This document shows, piece by piece, positions 23,368 to 34,899 of a stretch of DNA of 64,000 bases (the stretch's first letter is position 1; the number at the start of each line of letters is the position of its first letter). Below the pieces are notes generated by a model that saw only the letters and a list, made by a program, of their open reading frames with translations, did not search any database and was not told the origin of the DNA. The position numbers and the translations under genes are program-made. Where the stretch lies: contig CAVOHK010000005.1 of the NCBI GenBank assembly GCA_963695635.1, forward strand, positions 66,821-130,820, read 5' to 3'. The DNA is from an uncultured Acidobacteriota bacterium (GTDB taxonomy: Bacteria > Acidobacteriota > Vicinamibacteria > Vicinamibacterales > CAVVIG01).

Positions 23368-24219
23368 ATGGCGATTAAGACGGTTGGCGTTCTGGGCTGT
23401 GGCCTGATGGGATCCGGCATCGCGCAAGTGTGCGCAGCGGCCGGCTATAAGACGGTGGTTCGCGAAGTGGACGACATCGCGCTTGCTCGCGGCGTCGGCC
23501 GGATCAAGAAATTTCTCGACGATGGCGTGGCGAAAGGGAAGGTTGAAGCGGCCGCGCGCGAGCAGACGCTCGCCAATCTTTCGGGGACGACCAACTTCGA
23601 CAGCCTCAAGGACTGCGATCTGATCATCGAAGCGATCATCGAAAACCTCGACGACAAGCGGCAGACCTACGCGTCGCTCGAAAAGATTGTCAAGCCTTCG
23701 ACGATCTTCGTGTCGAACACTTCGTCATTGTGCATAACCGAGCTCGCCGCGACGACCTCGCGGCCGGATCGATTTGGCGGCCTGCATTTTTTCAACCCGG
23801 TTCCGTTGATGAAGCTGGTTGAGGTGATCCGGGCGTTGACGACCAGCGATGAAACCTACCAGGCGGTCTTCAGCTTCGCGCAATCGCTCGGCAAGGAACC
23901 GATCACCGCGCCCGACCGTCCCGGGTTCATCGTCAATCGGCTGCTCGTGCCGTACCTGCTCGATGCGATTCGCGCTTACGAAAACGGGCTTGGCACGTTG
24001 GAAGACATCGACAAGGGGATGAAGCTCGGATGCGGCTACCCGATGGGGCCGTTCACGCTGCTCGACTTCGTCGGACTCGACACGACTTACTACATCGCGA
24101 ACATCATGTTCGAAGAATTTCGCGAACCGGCGTACGCACCGCCGCCACTGCTGAAGCGGATGGTGCTCGCCGGGCGGCACGGCCGGAAATCGGGGCAGGG
24201 CTTCTACAAATACGACTAA
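23368..24219 (+). CDS. hbd: 3-hydroxybutyryl-CoA / 3-hydroxyacyl-CoA dehydrogenase
   Basis: MAIKTVGVLGCGLMGSGIAQ (Rossmann fold), NTSS, HFFNPV and PGFIVNR. The ATG at 23368 is preceded by GAGG, and the track start at 23341 lies inside the repeat. Confidence 0.92.
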   Translation: MAIKTVGVLGCGLMGSGIAQVCAAAGYKTVVREVDDIALARGVGRIKKFLDDGVAKGKVEAAAREQTLANLSGTTNFDSLKDCDLIIEAIIENLDDKRQTYASLEKIVKPSTIFVSNTSSLCITELAATTSRPDRFGGLHFFNPVPLMKLVEVIRALTTSDETYQAVFSFAQSLGKEPITAPDRPGFIVNRLLVPYLLDAIRAYENGLGTLEDIDKGMKLGCGYPMGPFTLLDFVGLDTTYYIANIMFEEFREPAYAPPPLLKRMVLAGRHGRKSGQGFYKYD

Positions 24220-24850
24220 GGCCTAAGGGTTCGCGGGTTCGCGAGGTTCCGGGGTTCGAGAGCGCGGCGCGCAGACGCGCGAGCGACGACTGCATCAAGG
24301 CCTCGCCGGCCGCGGAATCCGGGCCGAGTTGACCGTCGATGGTCAGCATCGCAATGCCGTGCGACGTTGCCCAGACAAAGCGCGCGAGCTCGCCAGTGTC
24401 TCCAGGCTGCACCTGACCGCCGCGTTGCAAGGCCGCCAATGCGTCTACCAGCACCTGGAACGCCGACGCGGCGTCGGCGGCCAGCTCTGAATCGCGATCG
24501 CACAGCTCCTTGAAACCGCCGAACATCACGCGGTAATGGGCGCTGTTGTCCAACGCGAATTTCAGGTAGGCAAGCCCCATCGCATCGAACCCGACCAGCC
24601 CGCCGCCGGCGTCCGCCCAGACACGTTCGAGATCCGCACGAAAGCGCTGGAACCCTTCCCGGGCGACCGCCGCAAGCAGCGCCGCCTTATCCGTGAAATG
24701 GCGGTAGAGCGCGGTGCGCGACACGCCGAGCCGCCCGCCAACCGCCCGCAGGGTCAAGGCATCGACGCCATGGCTCTTGATCGTTCGCGCCGCCTCGCGG
24801 ACCAGAGCCTGGCGGAGGTTGCCGTGGTGATAGGCGCGTTTCTTCGCCAT
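24104..24850 (-). CDS. TetR/AcrR-family transcriptional regulator (3' end probably over-extended)
   Basis: MAKKRAYHHGNLRQALVREAARTIKSHGVDALTLRAVGGRLGVSRTALYRHF (HTH). The ORF reads through the repeat and overlaps hbd by 116 nt. Confidence 0.85.
   Translation of the reverse strand: MAKKRAYHHGNLRQALVREAARTIKSHGVDALTLRAVGGRLGVSRTALYRHFTDKAALLAAVAREGFQRFRADLERVWADAGGGLVGFDAMGLAYLKFALDNSAHYRVMFGGFKELCDRDSELAADAASAFQVLVDALAALQRGGQVQPGDTGELARFVWATSHGIAMLTIDGQLGPDSAAGEALMQSSLARLRAALSNPGTSRTREPLGLSRICRSPAPISGRAARRAPSASAVAAVRTPVREILRT
24227..24258. repeat. Tandem 8-nt repeat GGGTTCGC x2, GAGGTTCC, GGGGTTCG
   Basis: Read directly, just after the hbd stop. The TetR ORF on the other strand translates it as ..SNPGTSRTREP... 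Confidence 0.7.
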
Positions 24851-24871
24851 TTTCGGGCGATTATAACACAC

Positions 24872-24890
24872 ATGTTGACATCGTTAACAT
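24872..24890. promoter_or_regulatory. Candidate TetR operator (imperfect palindrome ATGTTGAC-atc-GTTAACAT)
   Basis: Arms match 7 of 8. It lies in the 64-nt divergent region between the TetR gene and the membrane protein gene, and it contains TTGACA. Confidence 0.3.
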
Positions 24891-24914
24891 TCGTATGCTA
24901 CGCTCGGCTCCATC

Positions 24915-25871
24915 ATGTTGACGATGACAACATTTCGCCGCTTCGACCGACGCCTCCTCACGACTGCCGCCCTGATGCTGGCCGCCCTCGGCGTCGCCAT
25001 CATCGGACTGGCCGTCGACCCGCGAATCATTGCCGGCGCACCCGCGTGGCTGAAGCCGGCGAAGTTTGCCATCTCAACCGTCATCTATAGCCTCTCGCTG
25101 GCATGGGTCTTCACCTGCTTGCCGGAGTGGAGACGTACCCGCGCGTTCGTCGCTTGGTCGACGGCGATCGTGTTCGTCTTTGAAATTCTCGTCATCGACG
25201 CGCAGGCCTGGCGCGGTACCACCAGCCATTTCAACGTCTCAACGCCGCTCGACGCCGTGCTGTTCGCGTCCATGGGCGCCGCGATCCTGTTCCAGACGAT
25301 CGGCAGCGTCTCGGTGGCGGTGGCGCTGTTCCGACAGCGGTTCGACGACGAGGCCCTGGGATGGGCGCTGCGACTCGGCATGACTATTACCATCGCCGGC
25401 GCACTCTCAGGCGGCTTGATGACGCGGCCCACCGGAACGCAACTCGCTGCGGCGCGCGCGACCCACACGATGGCCACGGCCGGAGCGCACACCGTTGGAG
25501 CACCAGACGGCGGTCCCGGCCTGCCGGGCACCGGCTGGAGCCGGGCCCACGGCGATTTGCGCGTCGGCCACTTCATTGGCCTTCACGCGTTGCAAATCCT
25601 GCCGCTGCTGACGTTCGCGGCGCGCCGCCGCCGGACGGTGATCGCCGCAGGCGCGAGTTATGCGGCGCTGTTCATGCTGTTGATATGGCAGGCGCTCCGC
25701 GGCGAAGGGCTGATCGAGCCGGGCGCGCTGACGTCGGCCGTGGTCGCCATCTGGGCTGTTGGGACTATTGCCGTCCTCCGTCGGCCTGCCATCAACGAGG
25801 CCACGGAGGACAGGGAGGCACGGTTCAACACGTTCCTCCGTCCCTTCCGTTTCACCCGCGGGGGGCGCTGA
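24915..25871 (+). CDS. Hypothetical polytopic membrane protein
   Basis: 318 aa with several hydrophobic helices, divergent from the TetR gene. The last ~20 codons run through an ACGGAGG-type hairpin. Confidence 0.6.
   Translation: MLTMTTFRRFDRRLLTTAALMLAALGVAIIGLAVDPRIIAGAPAWLKPAKFAISTVIYSLSLAWVFTCLPEWRRTRAFVAWSTAIVFVFEILVIDAQAWRGTTSHFNVSTPLDAVLFASMGAAILFQTIGSVSVAVALFRQRFDDEALGWALRLGMTITIAGALSGGLMTRPTGTQLAAARATHTMATAGAHTVGAPDGGPGLPGTGWSRAHGDLRVGHFIGLHALQILPLLTFAARRRRTVIAAGASYAALFMLLIWQALRGEGLIEPGALTSAVVAIWAVGTIAVLRRPAINEATEDREARFNTFLRPFRFTRGGR
25803..25850. repeat. Imperfect hairpin ACGGAGGACAGGGAGG ... CCTCCGTCCCTTCCGT
   Basis: Read directly. It shares the ACGGAGG/CCTCCGT arms with 55422-55441. 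Confidence 0.5.
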
Positions 25872-25928
25872 AAAGAAACATCGCGCCGCGCGCTTGCGTC
25901 ATAAAATGCGCCCGAAAGGCGGTGTCCA

Positions 25929-27392
25929 ATGCTGAAGAAGTGGCTGACCGTGCTCGGGCTGGCGGCGGTGTCGGTATGGGGCGTGTCCGCCCAGGACGCG
26001 AAGACCGTCGTGGCCAACGCGTCGAAAGCGATCGGCGTCGACGCGCTGAAGTCGGTGCAGTATTCGGCGACCGGGATACGACTTCGCGCTCGGCCAGGCG
26101 CCGAATCCAACGTCGCCGTGGCCCCGGTTCATCGAGAAGAGCTACACGCGGTCGATCGATTTCGAGAACGCCGGCGTCGCGCGTCGATCGCGTCCGGCTG
26201 CAGGGCGAGAATCCGCCGCGCGGCGGCGGCCAGCAGCCGATCGTCGGCGAGCAGCCGCAGACCCAGACGATCATCGTCGGCGCCGAGACGCCGTGGGCCG
26301 CAGCAGCTCGAGATCTGGATGATGCCGCACGGGTTCCTGCGCGCCGCCGCGGCTCGAAACGCAACCGTTGAGATCGAAAACGATCAGCGGCAAGAAGCTA
26401 CCAGGTCGTGAGCTTCGTCGGCGACAACAAAGCCAAGGTCAACGGCTACATCAACGACCGCAATCTGATCGATCGCGTCGAGACGTGGATCGACAACCCG
26501 TTCTCGGCGACATGCTGTTCGAGTCCATTTACTCCGACTACAGGGAGGCTGGCGGCGCGCCAGTTCCCGACGCACATCGTGCAGAAGCAGGCCGGTTATC
26601 CGATTTTCGACCTGACGCATCGCCGACGTGAAGGTGAACGCGGCGGTTGACATTCAGCCGCCGCAAGGGCGCGGTGGTGCCGGGGGTGCCGCGCCGGCGG
26701 CCGCGGCGGCTTCGCCGGCATCGGAGAAGCTGGGCGAAGGCATCTACCTGATTACCGGCGGCTACGCGTCGATCGCGATCGACTTCAAGGATCACATCAC
26801 GATCATCGAAGCCGGGCAGAGCGAGGCGCGCGGCCTGGCGGTGATCGCCGAGGCAAAGCGGCTGATTCCCGAACAAACCGGTGACAGTCGTCGTCAACAC
26901 GCACAGCCACATCGATCACTCGAGCGGGCTGCGCGCAGTCGGTCGCGGAAGGCGCGACCATCCTGACGCATCAGATCAACAAGGCATACCTCGAGAAGAC
27001 TCTGGCGCTGCCGCACACCTTGAACCCCGACAAGGCGCAGCAGAACGGCAAGAAGCCGGTGGTGGAAGCGGCCGGCGCAAAGCAGGTGTTGACCGACGGC
27101 ACGCGCGTCGTCGAGCTGCATCACCTGCCGAACTTCGGGCATCACGATGGCATGCTGCTCGCGTACTTCCCGAAGGAGAAGGTACTGCTCGAGGCCGACG
27201 CCTACAATCCGCAGGCGGCGAACGCGACGCCGCCGAGCCCACCGAGTCCGTACACCGTCAGCCTCGTCGACCACATCCAGCGGCTGAAACTGGATGTGCA
27301 GCGGATCGTGCCCGGTTCACTATCCGGCCGACAACCGCGTCGTGACCCTCGCCGAGCTGACGAAGTGGGTCGGTCGAGCGCCGACCCATTGA
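25929..27392 (+). pseudogene. Secreted MBL-fold metallo-hydrolase, at least 6 frameshifts
   Basis: Signal peptide in ORF 25929. Pieces lie in ORFs 26408, 26628 (GIYLITGGYASIAIDFKDHITIIEAG), 26881 (VVNTHSHIDHSSGLRA) and 27020 (HHLPNFGHHDGMLLAYFPKEKVLLEADAY). My own frame gives the end ..AELTKWVGRAPTH. Confidence 0.75.
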
Positions 27393-27416
27393 TGCGAACC
27401 GGCGGCGGCCTGCCGG

Positions 27417-28229
27417 CTACTTCACGGTCGCCAGCAGCCGCCGCGCCTTCGCCTTGAATTCCTGATCTTCAGGCGTCCACTGCGGGTCGAGCGGCGCGTC
27501 GAGCACCTCCTGCAGTTCGGCGCGCGCTTCGCTCTTGCGGCCTTCGTCTAACAGCACTTCGGCCAGGAAAAAGTGCGTCACGGTGCTGGTCGCGTTGTAT
27601 TGCAGCGACTTCCGCAGGTGCGCCTCCGCCTGTTTGTTGCTGCCGCCGAACAAGGCCGGAACCTTGAAATACCATCGGCCGAGCGCTCGGTCCGCGGATC
27701 CCTGTTGAAACGCCGGATCGATTCGCAACACGGTTTCGAGCGCATCCTTGATCGGCTTGCGGTACTTGAGGCCTTGGCGCAGCCCGAACGATTCGGCGAG
27801 TCCACCCATGTTTGCGGCCAGCCAGAAGTGCCCTTCAGGCCGATCGGGTTTGAGCGCGATCGCTTTTCGTGCCGGCATCGATACCGGTTTCGAAAGCTGC
27901 GTCGCTGCTCGGCTTCGGGCACGTGTCCGCCGAGCCAGTAATCGAGCGCGCGCCAGCTTCCACGCGGCATCGAAGGCTTGCGGATTACGCGCCAGCTCGT
28001 CGCTCCATGCCGCCGCCGCACCGCGCGCGCTGGCGAGGTTGGTGCGGTCCGCGTACAGCGCGTCGGCGGTTTGCGCCAGGACCGGGATATAGAATAGGAA
28101 GATGCAGGAACTAATTAAGAATCTGCTGATCGAACTCGGTGAAGATCCGAATCGCGAGGGCTTGCTCAACACGCCGAAGCGGGTCGCTAAAGCGTACGAG
28201 TTTCTGACCAGCGGATATCGCGCGGACAT
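27417..28229 (-). CDS. TPR-like hypothetical exported protein with a compensated double frameshift; N-terminus doubtful
   Basis: 270 aa ORF. The segment [27 protein letters not shown] looks out of frame, while ORF 27578..28021 reads [16 protein letters not shown] there. The first ~43 codons are antisense to folE. Confidence 0.5.
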   Translation of the reverse strand: MSARYPLVRNSYALATRFGVLSKPSRFGSSPSSISRFLISSCIFLFYIPVLAQTADALYADRTNLASARGAAAAWSDELARNPQAFDAAWKLARARLLARRTRARSRAATQLSKPVSMPARKAIALKPDRPEGHFWLAANMGGLAESFGLRQGLKYRKPIKDALETVLRIDPAFQQGSADRALGRWYFKVPALFGGSNKQAEAHLRKSLQYNATSTVTHFFLAEVLLDEGRKSEARAELQEVLDAPLDPQWTPEDQEFKAKARRLLATVK

Positions 28230-28704
28230 CGATCAGGTGCTGAACAACGCACTGTTCACGGTCGATTATAGCGAGATGGTGATCGTCAAGGACATCGACT
28301 TCTACAGTCTCTGCGAGCATCACCTGTTGCCGTTTTTCGGGAAGTGCCACGTCGCCTACATTCCCAGCAACAAGGTGATCGGTCTCAGCAAGATCCCGCG
28401 CCTGGTCGATGTGTTCGCGCGCCGGCTGCAGGTCCAGGAACGCCTGACCAACCAGGTTGCCGACACCATTCGCGACGCGATCAAGCCGCTGGGCGTCGCG
28501 GTCGTCATCGAAGCGACGCATTTGTGCATGTCGATGCGCGGCGTCGAAAAGCAGAATTCGTTCGCGGTCACCAGCGCGATGCTTGGGGCGTTCCGCGATC
28601 AAGGCCGGACCCGGATGGAATTCCTCGAGCTGCTCAAACTGCGCAGCACCGTTCCCGGCCTGCAACATCAGCAGGCCGGGCTCGCGTGTATTGGGGAAGA
28701 GTAG
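28102..28704 (+). CDS. folE: GTP cyclohydrolase I
   Basis: [55 protein letters not shown] and [14 protein letters not shown]. Confidence 0.95.
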   Translation: MQELIKNLLIELGEDPNREGLLNTPKRVAKAYEFLTSGYRADIDQVLNNALFTVDYSEMVIVKDIDFYSLCEHHLLPFFGKCHVAYIPSNKVIGLSKIPRLVDVFARRLQVQERLTNQVADTIRDAIKPLGVAVVIEATHLCMSMRGVEKQNSFAVTSAMLGAFRDQGRTRMEFLELLKLRSTVPGLQHQQAGLACIGEE

Positions 28705-28715
28705 CCAGGTACCCT

Positions 28716-31639
28716 TCAGAACTTGAACGCTCCTCGGAAAACGATCGTCCTCGGTCCGAGAATCGCTGCTGGCGAGAGGAACTGCTGCAGCGTCGCGCGC
28801 TGACCGGTCGTCGGATCGGTGAACGTCGCGGCTTCCGTGCGGTTGCGAACCTGCCAGACCGTGTCGGAATTCAACAGGTTGTCGAAATCGACGGTTCCCT
28901 CGAAGCTCCGGTTGCCCGAGAGCCTGAACAGCTTGCCGACGCGCACGTCGATCTTGTTCAACGTGTCGATGCGCGAGTTGCCCATCGGCTCGAGGTTGAT
29001 GATCTGGTTGGTCGCGAAGCCGACGGCGCGGCTGATTTGCCGCGTGTAAGCCGGTCCCTGCTGCGAGCTGAAGTTGCCGCTGAGGATGACGTCGTGCCAC
29101 GGTAGCAGATACATCCCGGTCAGCTTGAACTGATTCGGCCGATCGGCGTTCGATGCGCCGCAGCCGGCGCATCGCGTCGATCCGCCAACGCCGGCGTCCG
29201 GGCTGATGTTGCCGTTGGCATTGATCAGGAAATTAGGAGAGGTATCGAGCGTTGCGTCGACCAGCTCATTTTTCGAGAACGTGTAACCGGCGAGCATCTG
29301 CCAGCGGTTGGTGAGACGCTTGTTGAGGGTGATTTCCAGACCCTTGTAAACTCTCTTTGCGTTCGGATCGTTGGTGATCACCGACCGATTTGCGGCGGAA
29401 GTGCGAGCGTAGAAACCGTAGGTACCGTCGTCCGCAGTGCCGACCACGCCGTCAATGCCCGGGTCGACAGCCGATGTCAACGTTGTCGCGTAGGCGTTGT
29501 CGGGATTGATCGACACCTGCAGGTTGGTGTCCCGGCGATAGGTAAACACGACGCCGAGCTTGGTATTGGGCATCACCTCGCGGTCGACGCCGGCACTGAA
29601 TTCATCCGTGTAGGGACGGCTGAACCCGGAGTCGATCGACGTGAGAATGGCGCCGTTGACGACGACCGCGCTGACCACTGGTACGCCGGTTTGCTCGCCG
29701 AGCTCGAATTTGCGGTTGGCGTTCGCGTCGTTCCAGGTGTACTGCTCGCTGTAGTTGGCGTTGCGATTGACCGCGCTGACGCCGCCGCCGCCGGTAGACA
29801 GCACGTAATAGTAACGTCCGTACGATGCCTTCGCGGCGGTCCTGCCGTCGCCGGTTGCGTCGAACACCGCGCTGACGCGCGGCCCGGTGGTATTCCACTT
29901 CACGATGTCACGCTGCTCGTCGTAGCTGCGCGGCTGAGCCGCGAAGCCGCCGATGTTTGCCGTCGCGAACGGCGAGGGCGGGCTCGATTGCGACGGCAGG
30001 TAGCCTTCCAACTGTTCGAATCGGAAAGCCGCCGATCAGCGTCAGGCGCTTTATCGAGATAGCTGTCCTGAGCGAACAGCGCCAGCACGTTGAGCGCGGT
30101 GGCGTCGTTTTGCGGTGTCGCGTACAACGTCACGTTGACCGGCACGAACGCACCGGTCGCCGATGTGTAGGTAGTCTGCACGTTGTCGACACGGTGCGTC
30201 TGGTTCTTGGTCACCGCATGCGAGTAGTCGAAGCCGAACTTGATTTCGTGGCGGCGCCGAGCGCCTGGTCGACGTAGTACTGTCCGGTGGCGTTGGCCTG
30301 ATAGCGGTCGCGATTGCGGATCACTTCGGTGGTGTTGTTCCCGTAGATGATGCCGGTCGCGTTGTCGATCGTCGACTGGTTGTTGCCGCCATTGAAATAG
30401 GTCGGGAACAGAATCTTGTTCAGACCGCCGCGAGCGTCGACGAAGAAGTTCTTGCCGAGAACGGCGTTCCACAGGCCCTGCGCGAGGTCGAACATGTCTT
30501 CTTCGTCAACCGTCGATTCGGTACGGTTATCGACGCGTTGTTGAGCAGCCGGTTCGGCTTGCTGTAACGCTGCCGCGAATAGAACCCGGTGAACCGATGA
30601 TTCTGATTGGCCTGGTAGGTGAAGTTGCCGAGGCCCGAGGTGATGTTGGTCTGGTCGAGGACGGTCTGTGAATTCTGCACCGGCACGTTCTGGTGAACGC
30701 GCCAGTCGCGGAACGACCCGAAGAACCGCAGCTTGTTCTTCACCAGTGGACCGCCGGCCGAGAAGTTGAAATCTGATACGAAGTCCGAGGTGTTGCCATC
30801 GGGTCGAAACCCGTACTTCTGGAGGTCCGGATTGTGATCGTTGCGGCCTTGCACCGGCTCGCCGGTCCACGTGCCGGTCGCCGTTCCGTTCCAGCGGTTG
30901 CCGCCGGTCTTGGTGATCATGTTCAGGAACACGCCCGAGGTCGGCACGGTGATGTCGTGCGAGCCGGTCGATACCTGGATGTCGTCGAAGGCGTCGAAGT
31001 CGTAATAGAAACCGGCCGCGCCGATTGCCGCCGGGTCGCCGACGTTCACGCCGTTCAGGAACGAGGTGTTCTGTGCGCTGGTCGTGCCGCGCGCGCTGAA
31101 CGTCCCCTGCAGGCCGCCCGACGTGCCGCCGACGTCCGGCCGGCTGATCACGAGGCCCGGTACCTTTGCTTCGACCAGCGCCCAGATGTCGCGCCCGCCG
31201 GGAGTGCCCTGAATCAACTGCTCGCTGAGGTTGACCGCTACGTTCGCGTCGTCGTGTCAACGGTCGGGGAGAGGCCGCTCACGGTGACTGTCTCGGCCAG
31301 CGTCGCGACTTTCAGCGACACGTCGATCGGCGTGGTTTGCCCGACGATCACGACGATGCCTTCGCGGAGCAGCGTCTGAAACCCCGACAACTCGAGCTTG
31401 ACGCTGTAGGTGCCAGGCACGAGTGACGGGAACCGTAGCACGCCGCCGGTGTCGGTCACACCGGTCATCGAACCGGCGACGAGCACCGGGCTGCTGATCG
31501 TGACGCTGACGCCGGGCATCACGGCGTTCTGTTCGTCAGACGCCTTCACCAGAATGCTGCCGGTCTGAACCTGAGCTTGCGCCACTGTGGCGGCTGCCAG
31601 AACGAGCAGCAGCACAAGACTTCTACTTACCAATCGCAT
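28716..31639 (-). pseudogene. Outer-membrane TonB-dependent-receptor-like protein with N-terminal CarboxypepD_reg domain, about 4 frameshifts
   Basis: N-terminus MRLVSRSLVLLLVLAAATVAQAQ..GVSVTISS..TDTGGVLRFPSLVPGTYSVKLELSGF is in ORF 31238..31714. Middle pieces are ORFs 30420..31217 and 29900..30472. The C-terminal barrel ORF 28716..30011 ends ..FRGAFKF. Confidence 0.8.
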
Positions 31640-31876
31640 TGCGTTCCTCCGTGCGGTCAGAACGGGACCAGATCCGATCGGGATTGTTTTAGCAGGTGCC
31701 CCGCGGCGAGACAACGAACTCTATAGGACAATTCAGAAAGATTCCGTTAATGACTGCGCCGGTTACGGAATCTTGAATGTCGGTGGCGTGGTTTGCGACA
31801 GCTGGGTCCGACCGATCGAGCGGCTCCGACCAGAACGTCGCTCCCGAACGGCGGAACGACTCGCTATACTGCGCGC

Positions 31877-34121
31877 ATGAAGAAACTCGCTGTTGCCGGA
31901 GCCCTTGCATACGCCGTCATAACGGCCGCGCCGGTGGCGACGCAGTCGTCGCAGTCGTCGTCGCCCGCGACAGGTCTCACGATCGATCAGCTGATCGATA
32001 TTCGGCACCCCGTCAAATCCGATGTGGACTCCCGACGGCAAATCGGTGGTCTTCGTCTGGGATCGGGCTGGAATTTCGAGCGTGTATATCGCGCCTGCGG
32101 ACGGCAAAACGGCGCCGCGCGAACTCCGAGAGGCCGGTGCATCCTTGAACGGCGCGTTCTGGAGCACAGATGGCACGGCGTTGATGGTGGCGCGCGCTGG
32201 CGACTTATGGCGCGTGCCGCTCGATGGATCGGCCGCGAGCGCCGTATGGACGACGCCGCAGAGCGAAACGAATATCACGCCGTCGCCGGATGGGACGCGC
32301 GTCGCGTTCATCCGGTCGGCGGTTGATGCGAACGCTGCGCAGTCGTCCAGCGGCGCTTCGACCGGCTCAGGGCGAGGCGGTCGAGGCGGTGGTGGAGGAG
32401 GCGCTGGCACCGAACTGTGGATTCGCTCGCTGAGCGACGGCCGGGAAACGAAGGTCGCCGCGCAGTCCGGCATAGGTGGTATCAGTTGGTCGCCCGACGG
32501 CCAACACCTCGTGTTCACCGTCCGGCGCCGGGGCGATCCGGCACGAGCAGACACCCGCGTACTCGGGCGCGAAAATCATCTACACGATCAACGAAAACGT
32601 GCCAGGCCAGACATCCGTGGTCGCCGCGTCCGGTGGCACGCCGACAGTCGCTCGCCGCAGGCGGTGGATTCGGTGGTGGCCGTCGCTGGCTCGACGCGCG
32701 GCACTTCGTTTTCGACCGCACATCTCCGGACTACAAACGCCGCACTTCTCTGCTGGTTGATATCAACGGCGGCGAGCCCAAACCGATCGTCGAAATCGTC
32801 GGAGGAGAAATTCTGGAGCATGACCGGCGACGCCAACGGCGACGCGCAGCCGTCACCCGACGGCAAATGGATTGCGTTTCTCAGCGACCGCGACGGCTGG
32901 GACCACCTGTATGTGATGCCGGCGGCAGGGGGCGACCCGGTCCAGATCACCAAGGGCAAGTTCGAGGCGTGGCGGCCGCAGTGGTCGCCCGATAGCCAGC
33001 GGATCGCCTTCGACGCCAATTCCGAAGGCAAGTATGGCGTTCGTCAGCTGTACGTCGCGACGATCGCCGGCAATCCCTCGCACGCGCGGATTGCGCAGGT
33101 GACGACCGAGCGCGGCACCAACATCGCACCTCAATGGTCACCCGACGGTAAGCGGCTGGTCTATCAGCACACCGACCCGCATAATTCGGCAGACCTGTAT
33201 GTCGTGAACGTCCCTGAACCGCCGATTGCGAACCAGGTGTACGGCGTCGCGCAGCGGCTGACCAACTCGATGCCAGCGTCGGTCAACCACGATGCGTTCG
33301 TCGAGCCGGAAGTTGTCCATTACGCCGGACCGGATGGTCAACAAGTGCCCGCCTACCTCTTTGTGCCGAAGAATCTCGATCGGTCGAAGAAGCATCCGAC
33401 TGTGGTGTGGATTCACGGCGATGGTGTGAACCAGAACTACGACGGCTGGCACGTGCAGCGGAATTACGCGGTCTATTACAGCTTCCACCAGTACCTGTTG
33501 CAGAAGGGCTACATCGTCATTGCACCCGACTATCGAGGCAGCATCGGTTACGGCCGTGCGTGGCGCGAAGGCGTCTACATGGATGTGGGCGGCAAAGACG
33601 CACAGGACGCCTGGATGGTGACGAACTACTTGAAGACGCTGCCGTACGTGGACATGAACCGGGTCGGCGTGTGGGGGCTCAGTTATGGCGGCTTCTTCAC
33701 GCTGATTGCCGTCACCGATCAGCCCAAAATGTTTCGCGCGGCGGTCGATGTCGCCGGCGTCGTCGACTACGCGATGTATTACGAGGATCCGTATCACGGC
33801 GGCTGGACGGCCAGCCGAATCGGAACGCCCGAGCAGAACCCGAAGGTCTATGCCAACGCGTCGCCGATTTCGAAGATTGATCGGCTCGAGACGCCGCTAC
33901 TGGTGCTGCACGGCACGGCGGACGTCAACGTCCCGTATCTGCACTCGGTCCGTTTGTTGGACGAGGTGATGAAAAAGAACAAGAGTCACCTGGTCGAGTT
34001 CATGACCTACCCCGGTGAATTTCATTACTTCACGCGCGAGCACGTGCTGCGCGACGCGTGGCGGCGGGTCGACGAGTTTTTTGACACGCACCTCAAGGGT
34101 AGTACGGCGGCCACCCACTAG
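31877..34121 (+). pseudogene. Secreted S9-family serine peptidase (beta-propeller plus prolyl-oligopeptidase/DPP-type hydrolase), at least 3 frameshifts
   Basis: MKKLAVAG.. is in ORF 31793. ORFs 32022..34121 and 32476 carry TolB-like repeats (WSPDG..). The catalytic domain has GVWGLSYGGF (GxSxG) and LVLHGTADVNV. Confidence 0.85.
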
Positions 34122-34135
34122 GGTACGATGTTGAC

Positions 34136-34837
34136 ATGCGGGTGAAACCAATCGCGTGGGGATTATCAGTCGCGTGGGTTGGCTGGGTATGTTTCGCGGG
34201 GCTCACGGCTCAGACGACCAAACCGCCGGCGAGCAAGCCTGCGGCCCCGCCCGCTTCTGCTCTGAAGAAAGAACCGGCCGAGGTGAGCTGTCCAGCGCCC
34301 CTCGGCGTCGGTGTCAAAACCAAGACAGCTTTTTGTAACGTGATCGCCGGCCGCGAACCGACGGCCGGCGTGCTGATCAAGATTCCGCCGCATCGCGGCA
34401 TCGCGACGCTGACCTTCGATCTGCACAACCTGCATCTGTATTCCGAAGAGCAGGTCAAGGCTAAGAAGGCTTTCGCTCGCTACACGGCGACGATTGGCGT
34501 GCTGACCATGGATAACACGTTGGTCAGCCGTGCGGCAGTGATGAGTGAATTCAGAACCGCCGCCGACTTTGTTGACCGTGTCAGCGGCGGAGCAGGCCCC
34601 GGCGGCGTCAAAGCGGTCGGCCCGACCGGCGTCGAACCGATCGTGATTCAAGTTAACGAAGCGGACCAGCAGGTCAGCCTGCTCGGTGAAAAGTTGACGG
34701 TCGAAAACATGATGGGCCCGCCGACAACCTTCTCGCAGCCGGGCCGGCCGATCGCCGTCGTCAGCAACGCGATGGTGGAGTACCGGCCCGCGCCGCCGAA
34801 ACCTGCCGGTCGCGGCCGCCGCGGCGGCGGCGGGTAG
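34136..34837 (+). CDS. Hypothetical secreted protein
   Basis: 233 aa ORF with a signal-like N-terminus and a Gly/Arg tail. No family recognised. Confidence 0.55.
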   Translation: MRVKPIAWGLSVAWVGWVCFAGLTAQTTKPPASKPAAPPASALKKEPAEVSCPAPLGVGVKTKTAFCNVIAGREPTAGVLIKIPPHRGIATLTFDLHNLHLYSEEQVKAKKAFARYTATIGVLTMDNTLVSRAAVMSEFRTAADFVDRVSGGAGPGGVKAVGPTGVEPIVIQVNEADQQVSLLGEKLTVENMMGPPTTFSQPGRPIAVVSNAMVEYRPAPPKPAGRGRRGGGG

Positions 34838-34842
34838 ACAGA

Positions 34843-34870
34843 TCTCGGCGACCTTCGCGGTCTCGGCGTT
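34843..34870. repeat. Half-copy of the GAACGCCGAG REP family (TCTCGGCGACCTTCGCGGTCTCGGCGTTC)
   Basis: Read directly. It matches the right arms at 37537-37566 and 60143-60170. Confidence 0.6.
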
Positions 34871-34899
34871 CATCTTCGGCTGCTTTTAACGGAGGGACG

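Noticed and set aside
28111-29172. 353 aa minus-strand ORF, together with similar long ORFs at 30211..31260, 38954..39991, 39303..40328 and 43899..44885
   Set aside because: Parts of these are alternative frames of the frameshifted outer-membrane receptor genes and the remainder is out-of-frame Arg-rich sequence. They are not independent genes.
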